A DNA stretch of 59,795 bases, counting the filler, from Blastocystis sp. subtype 4 (Eukaryota), in assembly GCF_000743755.1 (NCBI RefSeq). It is 2 parts of 2 records of this genome, joined end to end, with 100 filler letters (N's around TTAATTAATTAA, not from the genome) between each part and the next. Parts side by side here need not be neighbours in the genome. Positions count along the whole stretch, not along the records: positions 1 to 29,931 come from NW_014569428.1; 1 more part is not named here. One strand, given 5' to 3'. Positions 13,172 to 27,382 of this stretch are shown here, in pieces. Under the pieces are notes generated by a model. It searched no databases. It was not told the DNA's origin and saw only the letters and a program-made list of their open reading frames with translations. The position numbers and the translations under genes were made by a program. Position 1 is the stretch's first letter; each line of letters opens with the position of its first letter.

Positions 13172-14032
13172 TTTGTTGCTTTTTATTTTATATACATCCT
13201 GTTTATTCCCAATCTCATGAGAAGAGATCATAACCACTTCAATGAAGAGTATGAGAGAAATCAGCCAATTTTCTGGCATAATCGCGTTATGCCTTAATAG
13301 AGTCTCAAGGATGAATGCAATTGCTGACCAGCCGGCAACATCTACCGAAATTGTTAATAAGACCACAGAAAAGAAGAAAGTGAGTGCTTTAGTAAGAATA
13401 TTGGAATTACTCTTACAGTGAGGTAAAGGTGAAGAGAGCTGTCAAGCGATTCGGTAAAACCAATTTCTCAAAGAAAGTCGGGGACATGATCAATTTCGTC
13501 GTCAGGTCGTCCTGGTCAGTAGGAACATTTGTAGTAATTGAGAAATAGCTTGGAAGGACAGCTGGAAGGCTTTGTTGGGTTGCTGGTTGCTATGCTATGA
13601 TTGTTCTTTTTCCTCTTGCTATGGAAGTTATAATAATGTTGTGCTCTAAGGTATAGGTAGACAGGGAACAAACGATGATGGAGATTCAGAATCGTGAGCG
13701 TGAAAGACTGACTCGTCCAAGACACTCTTAGTATTTTTGATTTGTCGTTTATTATGGTGTTTGATGAGTACAAGTCATCACTAGAGTGAATGAAGAGGGG
13801 GATGAAAAAGAATGTAGTTGTATTACAACAAGTCTAGTATCCAACTTGTATGCCGGTGTACACATAATGGTTCAATATTCCTCTCTGTTACTGAGAATAA
13901 CCAGGGGATTCAATCATCATCTCAGTCTTCTTTTCTGAAGTCAATACTACTCGTTATTCTTCACTCCAACGAATTTGTTCACTGTAAAGAGGATACAAAG
14001 GAGATTAAATATATACAAGAATCACCACACCA

Positions 14033-14305
14033 ATGTTGACTGAAGAGATTAGTTTCACATCAGTAAATAGGGAAATCTACCGAGTGATGTTTAAGAGTGT
14101 TTTTGAAGAGTCACTGTTTGATGATCGATCACTAAGAAGGAGGAATGATATAGAGAGTGTGGGTAAGTACAAGAAGGGAATGAAAGATGGAAGATGTTTT
14201 GAATACAGGAATAGAGTGTTGATGAGAGAATGTATGTATGAGAAGAACAAGATGAAGGAAGTGTTGAGAGAATGGAAAGGAGATATGACGACTGAGAATG
14301 AATAG
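14033..14305 (+). pseudogene. Relic fragment of the MORN-like/LRR expanded family
   Basis: GKYKKGMKDGRCFEY...RECMYEKNKMKEVLREWKGD resembles REYLFKNGVVEQIVREIKGNEMTEY at 33099-33581; flanks are degenerate. Confidence 0.5.
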
Positions 14306-14543
14306 GAGATGGGTGACAGGTTTCATTTGGTGGAATTCGAGATCGAAAATCAACAGTTCTGAAGAAGATTACTGTTGATTTTCATTCTATCATTCCTATA
14401 CTACATAATAGAGATCCAAATGAGTTGTGTACTCGATGATTGATAATCAAATAACCTTGATGAATGGGTAATTTGAGTTAAACTCCATTGTTTTATTCTG
14501 GCATTATGCTGTTGTTACAGTAAGACGAATACAAACAAACAAT

Positions 14544-15863
14544 TCAATTCTCCTTCTCCTTTTCTTGATCTTCACTATGATTATCACTAGTATCTCCATT
14601 CTGTGGCCTGTTTTGTCCCAAAGAACTCAACAAATTCGCCAATCCTCCTTGCTCAGATCCATTCCCTCCCATCAATCCATTCATCAGACCCATCACTCCG
14701 TTCATTAATTGAGGGTTATTCATTACACTCGAAGCTCTAATCTTCACTTCATTCACCATAACTCACATATTCTGAACCGCGGGATTTTGCATTATATCAC
14801 TGAAGGACATGTTCCCTGATTGCAGATTTGAGGCCATCTCACGTAATTCCGGATTCTCTGATAACGAACTGATCATATTCTGGATACTACTAAAATCGGG
14901 AGTATTTTGGGGCTGTGATTGTTTGAGTGACTGAAGCATCTGTGACAACTCTTCATTATTGGGAATCACCTCTAAACCTTTTTCACATCTATTATTGGTA
15001 TTCCAGAAAAGCACATACGTGTCAATCGCTTCCGAGATGCGATTTAACCCCATCAATGCTTTTGCCAGACGAATGTAAGCCTTCACATAGTATTTATTCA
15101 ATCGAATGCTTTCCTGACAATCTATCTATCATCCTTCTCAATTGTCGTAACCCTTCACTGTATCTTCATAATTCTTCAAATGGAATGAAGCTGTACCTCT
15201 ATTGCAATAATAGATATAATTGTTGGGGTTCGAAGGAGAGACATTAATTGCTTTAGTATAACTTTCATATGCTTCTGCAAAGTGATTCATTCCAAAGTGT
15301 TCATTTCCCTCTTTCTTATAGCGATCAGCCTCTTCCAGATTCACTGTCTACAGATCAAAACGATAGACAATCCTTCACTGGTGTTGGCTGCTGAACAGAT
15401 TGTTTCTTACGTTCCAAATACTTGTTTACAGCCCGGTCCAATCGTTCCTATAGATCACGAATCCTTCGTTTCCTCACTTGATATTCTGGTGAACCAGGTT
15501 GAACACCGTTAAAGTAGCCCCGCGTATGGAGACTATCAAGGAAAGTACGAAGTTCCGGATTCGTTTCAGGATTGGAAAGATTAGGAGTATCCTCCTTCAA
15601 GAGTCCGTGTTGCTTTAGGTACTATTCAATCAAGTATACCATTAAACTCGACATCCAAGTAAATATCACGAATATTCGGAGCACTCTCTGCGACATTTGT
15701 GCCAAGGCCAAACGATAATCTGTTTATTAGTAAAAACAACGAACAAAGACTGAATCAAACGAAGAGCTTCTTTGACCAAGTTAGCATTAGTGGCATCTCC
15801 TTCAATGCTATGTAAGTAATTTACAATCGATACAAGGAGCTGATGATCACTATTCGACAACAT
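14544..15863 (-). CDS. SGTA: SGT/Sgt2-type TPR co-chaperone
   Basis: N-terminal LLVSIVNYL dimerisation-like segment, three TPRs (EADRYKKEGNEHF, YYCNRG, YVKAYIRLA), Met/Asn/Gln-rich STI1-like tail. Confidence 0.8.
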
Positions 15864-15924
15864 TTTTGTAATCAGAAAGATCCGAGAAGATGGGTTCTTT
15901 GGGGATTCTGGCAACTCCCTCTGA

Positions 15925-16516
15925 ATGCCATTGTTCTCCAGTTATCTCCAGAGTATCGGTATGAAAAACGCCAAATCTGATAACGAAAGCACATCAGAAA
16001 GTAAGCAGGAGTCTGTTCCTACTTTTGTCTCTCCCATTGCCAAACCACTTGCTGGCAAGTCTTTGGAGAAGAAAGTGTTCAAATTGGTAAAAAAAGGTAG
16101 GTTGACTCGATGAAGAGGAATATTTCCCATAATCGTTTGTGTAGCAGCAAAAGCTAAATGTACGCGTCGTGGAGTCAAGGAAGTCGTAAAATCGATTCGT
16201 AAGAATGAGAAAGGGTGAGAAGTGATTCAGAAAGATGATTGGATAGAGTGATGATTCTTGCTGCGAACATTGCTCCTATGGATGTCATTTCTCACATTCC
16301 TCTGCTATGTGAGGAGAAGAGTATTCCATATATCTTTGTTAGTTCGAAGGTATGTTGTTCGTTTGAATACTTGACTTGTAGGAAGCATTAGGAGATGCTG
16401 CGACTACGAAGCGTCCTACCAGTTGTATCCATGTAGTTCTGAAAGAAGACTTCCCTGAGAAGAGCAAGTATGATGAAGTGTTTGACGAGGTGATGAAACT
16501 GGACCGCAGTTTGTGA
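15925..16516 (+). CDS. NHP2: H/ACA snoRNP subunit NHP2 (L7Ae family)
   Basis: VSPIAKPLAGKSL, RRGVKEVVKSIRK, ILAANIAPMDVISHIPLLCEE, ATTKRPTS. Confidence 0.9.
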
Positions 16517-16587
16517 GAATACATTCAATATCATTCCTTTCCTTTGTTTGTAAGAAACAGGAGATTGTTGTTACACTCTTGGATTCA

Positions 16588-17796
16588 CTATCCAGTTGTC
16601 TGTTGAGGGAGTTCTGGTACTTCTTTCGATATGAGATCCTGAAGGATCCGTTGTTGTTGAATCAACTGATCATAGACCGAATCATTTGCTATTTCTGGGT
16701 TCTTTTGTTTAGAATGGATTGAAGCATAACTGAAATCTATTTCAAGTTCTTTGTTCTGTGTAGATATCCGAATAGCCATTTTATTTGGAAGCAAGAAGAT
16801 CTGAAACGGACTTGAAACTTTAATCTCTTCTAATACAATCCAATCCATCTTGTCGGAAACAACAATCTGAATGAGCGATAAGTTGTAGAACATATAGTAG
16901 TTACAGTTATCCTCACAATACAATCTAAAAATCAAATAAAGAGAATACAACAACTGGACCCATCGAACAGGTCCACTAGACCTCACAGAACTTTTCAGAC
17001 ACTCTACAGAGAGATGTCTCCTAGTACCCTTAGGATCAAGAATATACCACGTCTTCTTATTTAGACCTACTTATAACAAAGACTTAACAAGAATTAGACC
17101 TAGACTTTCTTTTCGCCATTGCTGTAGAAAGAGAGAAGATGCTTTCGATGGGATTGCCATATACTCTTTATTCCACTGTTCTTCACTCAGAACAACTCCT
17201 GGACGGAAATATGGATACAACCGATAGATAGAGAAATTAGTAGTGAGAATGAATAATGATCTGTTCGATTCTTGAGTTGGAAACAAAATAGCAGACAGTG
17301 AATCGGATTTCATTCCATTTGTATCAATAATCGTTCTAGAGAGACGCACCACAGTTGAACTATTACCAATTCTATATGTGTCATAAAAACAACCTCCTAA
17401 TAGAAGGAGAAGAGAGGAATCACTTGGATGAAAGGTAGCAGATTTGTACTTTTCACTGATTACAATGAATCTATATCAATGAAATCCAATGTTCAAATAA
17501 TACGGTAATTCCAAGATTCGATCCACCTGCTTATTCTGTAGCCAATATTCATGAATCAACGAACAATTAATTAGAAACGAACATTTGGTACAACATAAGA
17601 CAAGAATAGAATGAGAATCACAATATGAGATTGCAAAGGGTTCTTCGATGCTTTCACCGATTGTAGCTGTTAAGCACAACCCACCACTAGGAGTCTCCTT
17701 GGTGAATACCAACAAGTTCTCTCTCTCAACAGTAACTTTTAAACCAGTCGAAACTAGCATGGATAACGATGATGTATCCACAATACCAATATCCAT
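16588..17796 (-). CDS. Hypothetical protein, multi-exon
   Basis: Three consecutive minus-strand ORFs separated by ~30-nt GT-AG gaps; no recognised domain. Confidence 0.5.
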
Positions 17797-17898
17797 GAGA
17801 GTTCTTCAGATTTAGTGTCTAACAATTTCTCACGGGAATTTTCATACAATCTATTGTTCTTCTTATTCTTCTGTTATTTATTGATTTATCCCTCAATC

Positions 17899-20800
17899 AT
17901 GTCCTATGACAAATATGGATGTATAGGAGGACAGGGTTGGTATTGGGTATTAATTTGGAAGATTGTCGTTGATTGTTTAGGAACGTATCTCTGCCAACTT
18001 CTTTGTGAATGTTACTCGCAATGTGTTCAGTGAGACACCTCCAGTAGCTGTTCCTTTCCGGGAAGACGTTCCTATAACTCTTGGTGACATTCAGGGATTG
18101 CGTTTGAATGTTTCACAACGTAAAGAATGTAATAATAAGAAGAAATATAGTAATTATAGATTATGAGAATATCAAGAACTATGCATTGCGTTGTAGCGCA
18201 GGAACGATTAAGGACCGGAATGATTACAAATTGGAGAACGCAAAGTTTCAGGTGAGAGTTGTGCTAGCAGTTCATTTCTAGGAACTCTGTTATCTGACAC
18301 ATGTATCAAGTAGTTTTGAAGAGTTATTTATTCGCCGCAATGCGCTTATCATGTTTATGCATCGGTACGTCTGTTGTTTGGAATCGAGTCTAGGATTCTT
18401 CGTAGCGCACAAGTGAATGGGGCCTCATTGAAGCCTGCATATCCTGGATCATCTACATATTGTACATGTGGGTATGAATTGTTTGATTGTGATGATACCA
18501 AGTAAAGTGCCTCATTTGGAGTACTGTCCTCTCCACGATATTAGTGATACAGAAATCGAATGTATGGTGCAGACAGAGTATGTTATTGTAGTTTTGTATC
18601 CTCCTTTGCGTCCTGGAGATCGAGTGATTCGAGGACCAGATTGGCAGTGGGGTTCGCAAGGAAATAATGAAGAAGGTGTGGTATTGTGTGTGAAGGATTG
18701 GAAAGGAATGAATGACAAAGGTGTTCGTGTGAGATGGGATAATGGAGATGAGAATATGTATCGATATGGTGCTGATGGATGTTATGATGTGTGTGAGTAA
18801 GTGATGTGAATGTGATGTGAATGTGATGTGAATGTGAATGTGATGTGAATGTGATGTGAATGTGAATGTGATGTGAATGTGATGTGAATGTGATGTGTGT
18901 TTGTGATGAGAGTGTGTGTATATGAGCTCTTGTCTCCTTTTATCTATCATATACTCACCATTAGTGCTTATCCTATGAAACGAGATGATTATCGTCCAGT
19001 ATATGGATTATTGGATTCAAGTGAAAGTGAATGATAGCTTATTCTTCTCATCTCTAGCCTATTGGTCAAGATATGTGAATCATTATCTGAAAGGAGGAGT
19101 CTATAAATCTCGAGGAATCTTTGCTCCTCATATCAGCCGTCAACAACTAGAGAAAATGCTTCCTGATTATGAGGTTGAGCCACAAAGAGACCGTATGTTT
19201 AATGATTAAATCCTAATATCATAGCATCATTAGAACAGGAATCACAACATGTAATCAATGAAGTGATTGAGTTAGCTGAATCAGAAGTGCTTGTACTGTT
19301 AAGCCTCTCCTTATTATCGCTAGCTCTTTCTCAATCATTATTCTCCTTCGAATCCAATCTTCTCACCATCAAAACGAACAGTTACGGCTATTTCGGATAT
19401 CCTTTTTCCATTCCAACTCTATGCCTTTTCCCAAGCCAACGGAGATGTCGAAGGACTTCGTTGTGAGAGTGCTGTTCTTCAGTCATATCTCTCTTCGCTT
19501 TTTTCGGCTTGCATTCGGGTTCTCACTCTCACTACGCGTGTTCTCCTCGAACATCAGGACCGTGTGAGCGATGTTCTGGGAGCATTGAGAGAGAGTGTGG
19601 TTGGTCAGTTGCTTTCTGTATGCTTGTCCGAACTCTATTGTGGACGGTGGAGCCGAGAACTGATCTCGTTTATTGTTAATGATTTGAGTGAGCTTCTAAT
19701 GATGTGGTCCAAAATTCTTAAGATTTGTAATGTTGAAGTATTTCTTGCTTGTTCAGTGATTCTTGATTAGAATGATTATTCTTTACGACATGATTCGTTC
19801 TCCTTAGAGATCTATTCTCCTGACTATTGCACAGTTCCTCAGCCTGTACCTTGGTATCTGAATCTTCTATATTTGTTAACAGCTCTTTCTTCTCATATTC
19901 ACTTCAATGTGAAGTATTTCATGATTCAAGATCCCAGTATTGAAGTGCAGAGGATCAGTGAATCCTATTTGATGAGTGGAGGGTTATTGAAGGATCAGTA
20001 CGTGATGAGATGGAAATTGATTGATAGGAGTGAGGATGATGTATTCATTCAGGAGGTGTTTGAGAATTCCCATGAAAAGTATACAGCACTGTGGGAATGT
20101 TTAGATGGGGCTGTTCCTGAACCTGTCTGGAAGAGGAAGAAGATGGGAGTGAGTGTACGAATGAGAGATGGGAATGAGTTTAAGATGGATCTGGAACTAC
20201 GCATCTTGGCAGTGATCACCAAGTTTCATCATGGGGTAAAAGCTTTGAGAGAATTAGTAGGAATGCTAGGTAAGTGATAATGAATGGAATATAGAATAGA
20301 AAGAGGAGAGAATGAAGTAACTGTGAATGATACGATGCGAGAGATATGGAAGGAAGTAGTGACGTATCGAGAATTCTTGCGAACAAAGAAGCAAGAATTC
20401 ATAAGTCATCAAAGTATGTATTGAATGTTTTTGTATTTTCCCCTGTCTCTAATTGTTACCCCATCTCACTAACTGACTGATCTCTTACTCATTCACCATA
20501 TCTCATTCACTTACTCATTCACCTCATTTCACCATTCATTTTCTCTAATCCTTCTAGCTATATCTGCTACTCGCGCTTCCACCACCATCCGCTTCACACG
20601 TCGTGCCTCAACCAATACTCCTTCTATGCGAGCACAACGGATGAAACAGGTCTCTCTCCGGATTCGTGATTCCTCGTTTATTACCAACAGTCCAGGGCTC
20701 TCTCTTGTGTCCCATGGGAATCAACGTTTAGCTTCCTATGAAAAGGATGCAGTTGAACCGCAGGACATCCTTGATGAAGATGAAACTCCTGCTGACAGTT

Positions 20801-23800
20801 ATAATGAGTTCGTTGATCAGTTTATGGCGAAGTTAGGTCTACTTATGGAACTCCGAGTCCCAGACAAAGGAAATCGATTCGTTTTCAGTACTTCCAAGAC
20901 TCCCTCCAATTCTACCACGGACAATAATTCGGTCGATTTTGGTAATCTAACCAAGAACTATCAAACAATCCTTCGTAAGCAACGAAATGCTCATGCAACA
21001 GACTTCCCTGATACTCCTTCCAAACTAATGACCGTTTCACTCTTCAAATTCTTATCTCTCTTTGTCCCTGCCAGTACGTCTGAACTCCGTCGCTCGCTAG
21101 AAGCACGTTCTGAGAACCTTAAAACATTCTCAGGTGCTCTTCAAGATGTCGTGGTGTTTATTCACATGATTGAAGAGTTCCCGCAAGCTGAACGACTCTT
21201 CATTATGGGTATTGTGAATGGTCTGACACGCAATCATGGTGATGGTTTCATGCGAGACTGGTTGAGTGGATGTGAAGGAGCGGATCAAGAGAGTATTCAT
21301 ATGTATGAAGCCGCTTTTATCAAACTGATTGATTGTCTCAAGGAGGAGTGTGTGAGGTGTATTCGGTGTTGTCACTGGCGATTACTCACCTCCATTGTCT
21401 ACTCCTTGTCTGTAATCCCTTCTCTTCAGACACCCTTTCTTACCATCGATTGTGATTATCTTGACTTTTTCTGGAGTCTTACAGTATCGCTTCAACAATG
21501 GTTTGAAACACTTCTTTCAGAATCTGATGTTCTGATTAGTCCTGGTCCTTTCCTAGATGCCGCTTGCGAGAATATCATTCCTATAGGCAGTACGGATGCT
21601 CAAATGATGTTGAAGGCACTTCAAAGTGCAGGAATCGGGGTAATTTCTGGTAAAGAAGGATTGCGCGGAATCACCCCGATTTCTGTTCTGGTGATGGCAA
21701 ACGTTTTGCGATTGGGTCTTCAGATCAGTGTGATCTCATTATTCAAAGACTATCGAAATCGTTGTCTCTCGTCCTCTGCACTACGATCAGATAATTTGTG
21801 CTTTTGGACAGTATCTGAAGTCTGTTCAATTTGTGACAGAATGGGTGATCAGTATGTTCAAGCCTGCTATGGAGTTCTCTCCCGATACACTCATATGATC
21901 CATACACTTATTCAGTCCTTCATTCATCGTCTCTCTCACTGGCGTTCCTTTGCTCATGTTCTATACACCTCTGTCAACTCTTCCATCAATCCATTCTGTT
22001 GTGTTCGTAATGAGATCGATGAGAAGGACCCTCAACATGCCTCTCTCAGCGGGGATCTCCTCGTTTCAGCAGGCGAGGCGCTTCTTACGTCGCACCTCAG
22101 TCTCTTTATCTTCCTCTCTCGCACGCGGTTGGGTGGCCAGATGAGCCATCTCCTACTCCAGCCTCCTGTCTGCGAGGTGATGTGTATGTCACCTCGACTC
22201 CAGCGGATCCTTCTCGTACTTCTTCAAGAAGTTCTCGTGAAGTATCATCATGTTCCTGAACTTCCTGGACTCAAAGAGGAGTTAGATATGGAAATGGAGA
22301 ATTTATCCACTTCTTCTTCTGATCCTAAAATTCTCCTGTTTTTAGATTATCTTCTCCATCTATCGTCTCATGCCGATTCTTGTGTAGGTGCCTTGGTGAA
22401 CGAGAAGTCTCCCTGTGCGATCTGTTGTCCCTTGCGACATGCCTTCTTCTATCTGAGTGAGACCTCTCTGGGGATGGACGCTTTGATCCAGCGCTATGCC
22501 TCTCCAACATCGTGTCGACAGTTGATTCGAGTGCAAGGCCATGCTGCCAGCTACTGTCTGTGTGAGATTATGGAGGAAAGTATCTATCTCCTGCGAATTC
22601 TAGGAAATGACCCATATTGGCGTCCATATGTGAATGAAGTATGTGAAAGAGTGATACGACTTAGTAGTTCGATGCGTGAACAAGAACAGCCATCTCTTGC
22701 TCATCCTCATCTTTTTCATACTGTGTATTCATCAGCGTTCATTGCTGTAACTCGAGTATTTGGTGGTCTTATTCCTCGTCTTTATCCTGGATGTAGAGTA
22801 CGTATTGCCTTCAATCATACCAAACCCACCTCGCCTTCACTCACTCAGCTTACTCATCCTGCATCATTGGGGTTTGTCATTCAGACTGACCGTATGACAG
22901 ATCAACCTCTTCTGCTCATTGATCATATTGATAATCCTTCTCGTATCTCGCTCATGAATCTCGAAGTAGTTGATCGTGTGGATGCACCTCGTGCTGATCT
23001 CATTTATGAACAGCTGTTCAGTGATATTATCAAGACATTGACTTCCATGAAACTTAGTACTGAACTAATGACTCAGCCTGATCGTACCATGGCCTTTTTC
23101 AATACATCAGGGATAATCTGTGGAGTGCGAGAACTATCTAATGTTTTAGGCACTATTTGTGGAATTCGTTGTCTGCAGTTCCTTATTTTGGGATTTCCAG
23201 ATTTACTAAAGAATATTTCACAATCATTCGTTCATAAGTTAATCTCACTGGCAATTCTTCCTATTGCTACCAATCGGTTTCTCGGTTTACATGCTCTCAA
23301 ACAATACTTCAATTGGTTCATTGAATATCTCATCAATACATTTCCAGGATCCCCGCGGTTCTTACCATTGACAATGCAAGAAGGAGAAGGGAAGGAGTTT
23401 GGTTGGGAGAAGGAGGAACGAAGGAAAGGAAGTGAAATTGAAGGAAGAGTGAGTCGAGATGAGCGACGTATGCGAGGTGCTGTGACTATTAGTGGTATTA
23501 CTGGATATGACCCAGAGACGTGTTATAAGGTGTATCGAGTAGGTAGTATGATGAGAGTGATTGATGAATGAGAATGTGAGAGTGATTGATGAATGAGAAT
23601 GTGTTGGCTAAGTATGATCATTCACTGACTGATTGTCTACTCCTTACCAATCCTAACCACTAGGCCTTTCAAGACAATATGGATGCAACAGTCGATTATC
23701 TACTGGAAAACAAAAAGTCTTTTATTCTTTCTCTCTCTGACAATTCTTGTAATGCTGAAACTGAGCTCAATAAGCTTAATGATGCTTCGGTCCTGAGTGA

Positions 23801-26800
23801 TCTCGAAACTGGCAGCCGATCTCATTCCATTCTTCTCTCTCATTCTACTACCTCCATTCTTTCTCCTCTCTTTATTTCTCATCATTTCCCTTGCTTCACG
23901 CATCTACAACGTGTATCCCTTGTACATAGTGATGGAATTCAGCGCTCTTCGTCTCTCTATGGGATTATATGCTCCATCTCAGATCTCTCTGTATCCTTTT
24001 CTCCCCTCCTGCAGACAGGTGTGATCACTCATATTGCTGGGAATCGGGTACGTGTCTCCATTTTGAACTGTGAAAGCGGATTAGCTATGGAAACTGATGT
24101 TGATGAGGATCAGGTTGGAGTCCAGAAATCAAGACTATTTTTCCATTTGGATGATGTCCGACAATCACGAGGAAATGTGGGCATTTTGGGAATGAGTCTT
24201 TTCCAGTATCTGTTACGTGAGTTTTGTGTTTGTCTTCTTGGAGTTGGAATTACCAAATTCGACACTATTTCTGTCTGGCAGTTAAATCCCTACAATTTAG
24301 TGAAATTGACAAAATATCTCTATTTTTCGTCATGTCATGAAAAGGAACATGATTCTGGTGTAGAGGTATATGGCTATCATTCTACTATCTTTGAAGCATG
24401 GTTGACTCAATTGAAGGAAACAGTCCGTTTGAGTGCTCATGGTAGTGAGTTAATTCAGTCCTTCATGGATCGAACTTGGGATCAGAGTGATAAGAATGTC
24501 GTGAATTTGTTTGCTACAGAGGGAGAAAAGGAGGAATTGACCTCCATATCACACTTCCATTCTCTCTCAGGATTATCGAGTCGATCCTTAGTAAGTGAGG
24601 GAGGAGAGAAGTCTGTCAGCTCACTGAATATGAATTCACGATTGGATGAGGGATGTGTGGTCGTTTCGTCGTTGCATCCTTCCTTCCCTAAAACCCGATA
24701 TACAGATGTGGTAAGTGTGCGAGGAGTGGCAGGTCTTCGGGTCTTGTTTGACCCTCGTTGCTGTTTGGATAGTAACTCTGCCTCTCTCTCGTTCTTCACA
24801 GATGAGGATCTACGAGAGAGTATTGCTCGATTTACTGGGAAGGGTTGTGAGTGGAGTGCTTTCAGTGTGAAAGGTGACACGCTTCGTTTTGTATATGAGA
24901 GTGATTTGAATGCAAGCGAACAGTGGGGCTATGCGTTCATCGTTCAACCATTTCAGAATGTATTTTGGGAGAAGGAGAAGAGTGTTCTGGGAGAAGTGTG
25001 TTTTGAATGGAATTGTGAGAGTTATGCAATTCTTCTATCCATGTGTGATGTGTGGGAGTATAAGAGAGATGACTTCTTCAATCGTACATTGGTGAATCTT
25101 GTCGAATATTTGAGAACAAGTGGAATGCCATTCAAATCACGTGTAGTTACGCTACTGATGAGATTAATGATGAGTGACGGAATTGAAGTGCAGGTGTGGC
25201 CTGATGTGAGGTAGGTATCCATGAAAATGACTGATTGATTGATTGATTAACTGACTGTACTTTTTACCCCATCTTTTATTCTAACCTCAATTCTAGTGGA
25301 ATGTTTGATTCTGTCATAAACTATTGTCAAGCTCTCTCAGCCAATTCAATTGTCTCCTCTCAGACTCCAGCTCTTCTGGATTTCTTGATCACATATACTT
25401 TCCGATCACAAATACTCACTCTCAATCAAACCAATACTGAAATCCCGCCTTTCCCTCAGGAATTACCTCCCTTACCAGACAAAGACTTCAAAGGTCACCT
25501 AATCACACTCCATTTCCTCACCAGAGCTGTATTCTATCATTCAATTATTCCCGCGGGTATTATCAGGTTTATTCTAGAAACGAGCGGCTATACATGGAAT
25601 GAGGCAAACTATATGGAAGTGATTCAAGAATTCAAACACTTTACGCAAAGTGCGGATTTTGCTCTGATTTCTGGATTCGAAGATTACTGTCGATCTTTGC
25701 ATGTATCACCTCTGGAAATGGATTTGAAGAGTTTTACTCTTTCTGAGGACTTCCGAATGCGATGTGTCGATCTTTCGGACATTCCCGATAAAGTCTTGAT
25801 TTGGCGTATTGCATGTGCACAGCTGTGGAATCACTGTCTGAAGGCCTGTCTCCATGTCATTGACTTGGGTGAAACCAATCATAAGTTCAAAACCTTGGGA
25901 TCCCTCGTAACACAGTTATCAAGTTGGGTATTTGGTGAAGTGAAGGAAGATGCTCTGGAGATCAGTATTCGTCAAACAGAGTATTGTGGAGTGGATAGTT
26001 ATCCAGTGATTGAGATTGACAATCGAAAGGTCTTTAGTGAGATAGAGAATGAGCGATGGTCTGATGAACGAAGTGCTTTTGACAGTGAGTGTGTGTTTGG
26101 ACAGTTGTATCGTGCAATGAAAGGAGTCAGGAAGGATGTATTACGATGTAAGTTGGATGGAAAGGACCGATTGATTGCTGTGAAGATGAAAGGTGAGCAA
26201 GGATTAGATTGGGGTGGTCTATATCGAGAGACAATGGAGCGATGGTAAGTAATGATTGTGATAAATGTTGAGTGAATGATGGTGATAATGAGTATACTGA
26301 GTGATTGTGATAAGAACTGCCTCCCTTCAAAACTCCTTCTAATCCATTTCTAGTGTTGAAGACCTTTTCTCTTCCCATATCGATCTCTTCATTAGATCTC
26401 CTAACAGTACTCGTTCTACCTCTGAAGATCGATTCATTCCAAATCCTCGTTATCATGATAACCACGATGCTAACAGCATATATCGCTTCGTAGGCAATCT
26501 TATCGGAGTCAGTCTCCGCACACGTCAACAACTTGGCTTTGAGCTTAGCTCGTTCATATGGAAGGCAATTGTATCAGATGAACCCAGAGAAGAGGATCTG
26601 AGTATGATTGATTCAGAGTTTGTGAATATGCTTCATGAGGTCGAAGATGCTGATGTCTCTCTTCAGGAGTGCTTCTCTTCTGTGTTTGAATTGGTCATGT
26701 CCATTACAGATTCTGCGGGAAATGAAGTGGAGTTGGTCGCCGGAGGAGAAGGAATTCCTGTGACGTGGGAGAATCACCTGGAATTTGTGGCATTAGCCAG

Positions 26801-27300
26801 AGACATGAGAATGAATGAAGGAGCTCCTGCTGCAACTGCAATTGCTGAAGGAGTCTGGGAAGTCGTACCAAAAAAAGTGCTGAAATTGTTCACATGGGAA
26901 CAATTAGAGAGAAGTGTGAAAGGAGAGCCTGAGGTAAGAATCGAGAATGGTGTTAACTCTAGATATCCGTGGATGTGTTGAGACGGCATACGGTCTATTT
27001 GGGCTGGACAGAACATCACCCTGTTGTTGAGAGGTTTTGGAACGTAATGTCCCAATTAACAGACAAAGATCGATCGCAATTCCTGAGATTTGCTTGGGGA
27101 AGATCGCGACTACCGAAAGAAGAGCCTTGGTCTCGTCCTTTCAAATTGACATATAAAAATGCAGGAGATGAAATGCTCCCAATTGCACATACTTGCTTCT
27201 TTCAACTTGAGCTGCCGCAGTACACAACTGATAAAGTTATGCATGATCGACTACTTGTAGCTATCAATTATGGTGTTTCTGGAGAGTTTATGCTTCGTTA
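17899..27300 (+). CDS. Giant HECT E3 ubiquitin ligase with MIB/HERC2 domain, UBA-like and CUB-like segments; stop completed by poly(A)
   Basis: LRPGDRVIRGPDWQWGSQ...WDNGDENMYRYG (MIB/HERC2); GEQGLDWGGLYRE, FLRFAWGRSRLP, LPIAHTCFFQLELPQY (catalytic Cys), GEFMLR then TA|tctc TGTTTGTT. Confidence 0.9.
18801..18900 (+). repeat. Intronic microsatellite (GTGAT/GTGAAT)n
   Basis: Directly visible alternating 5- and 6-mers inside the ~170-nt intron ~18793-18964. Confidence 0.9.
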
Positions 27301-27304
27301 TCTC

Positions 27305-27312
27305 TGTTTGTT
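27305..27312 (+). terminator. TGTTTGTT 3'-processing octamer (representative copy)
   Basis: Exact copies also at 5398, 28582, 46074, 55663, 56633 (+) and 7152, 10999, 14534, 30911, 34296, 38309, 39052 (-), all at gene 3' ends. Confidence 0.85.
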
Positions 27313-27382
27313 ATAATCGCGGGAATATTGAAACTTGATCCGTGTAGTTAAATCAGAATAGTACTGTACCATCTACCATTGA

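Noticed and set aside
18453..18950. His-rich 165-aa ORF
   Set aside because: Antisense translation of the intronic microsatellite and a HECT-gene exon.
23991..24014. GTATCCTTTT as a U12-type 5' splice site
   Set aside because: Lies in an open frame with no TCCTTAAC-type branch site; cannot be supported without RNA data.
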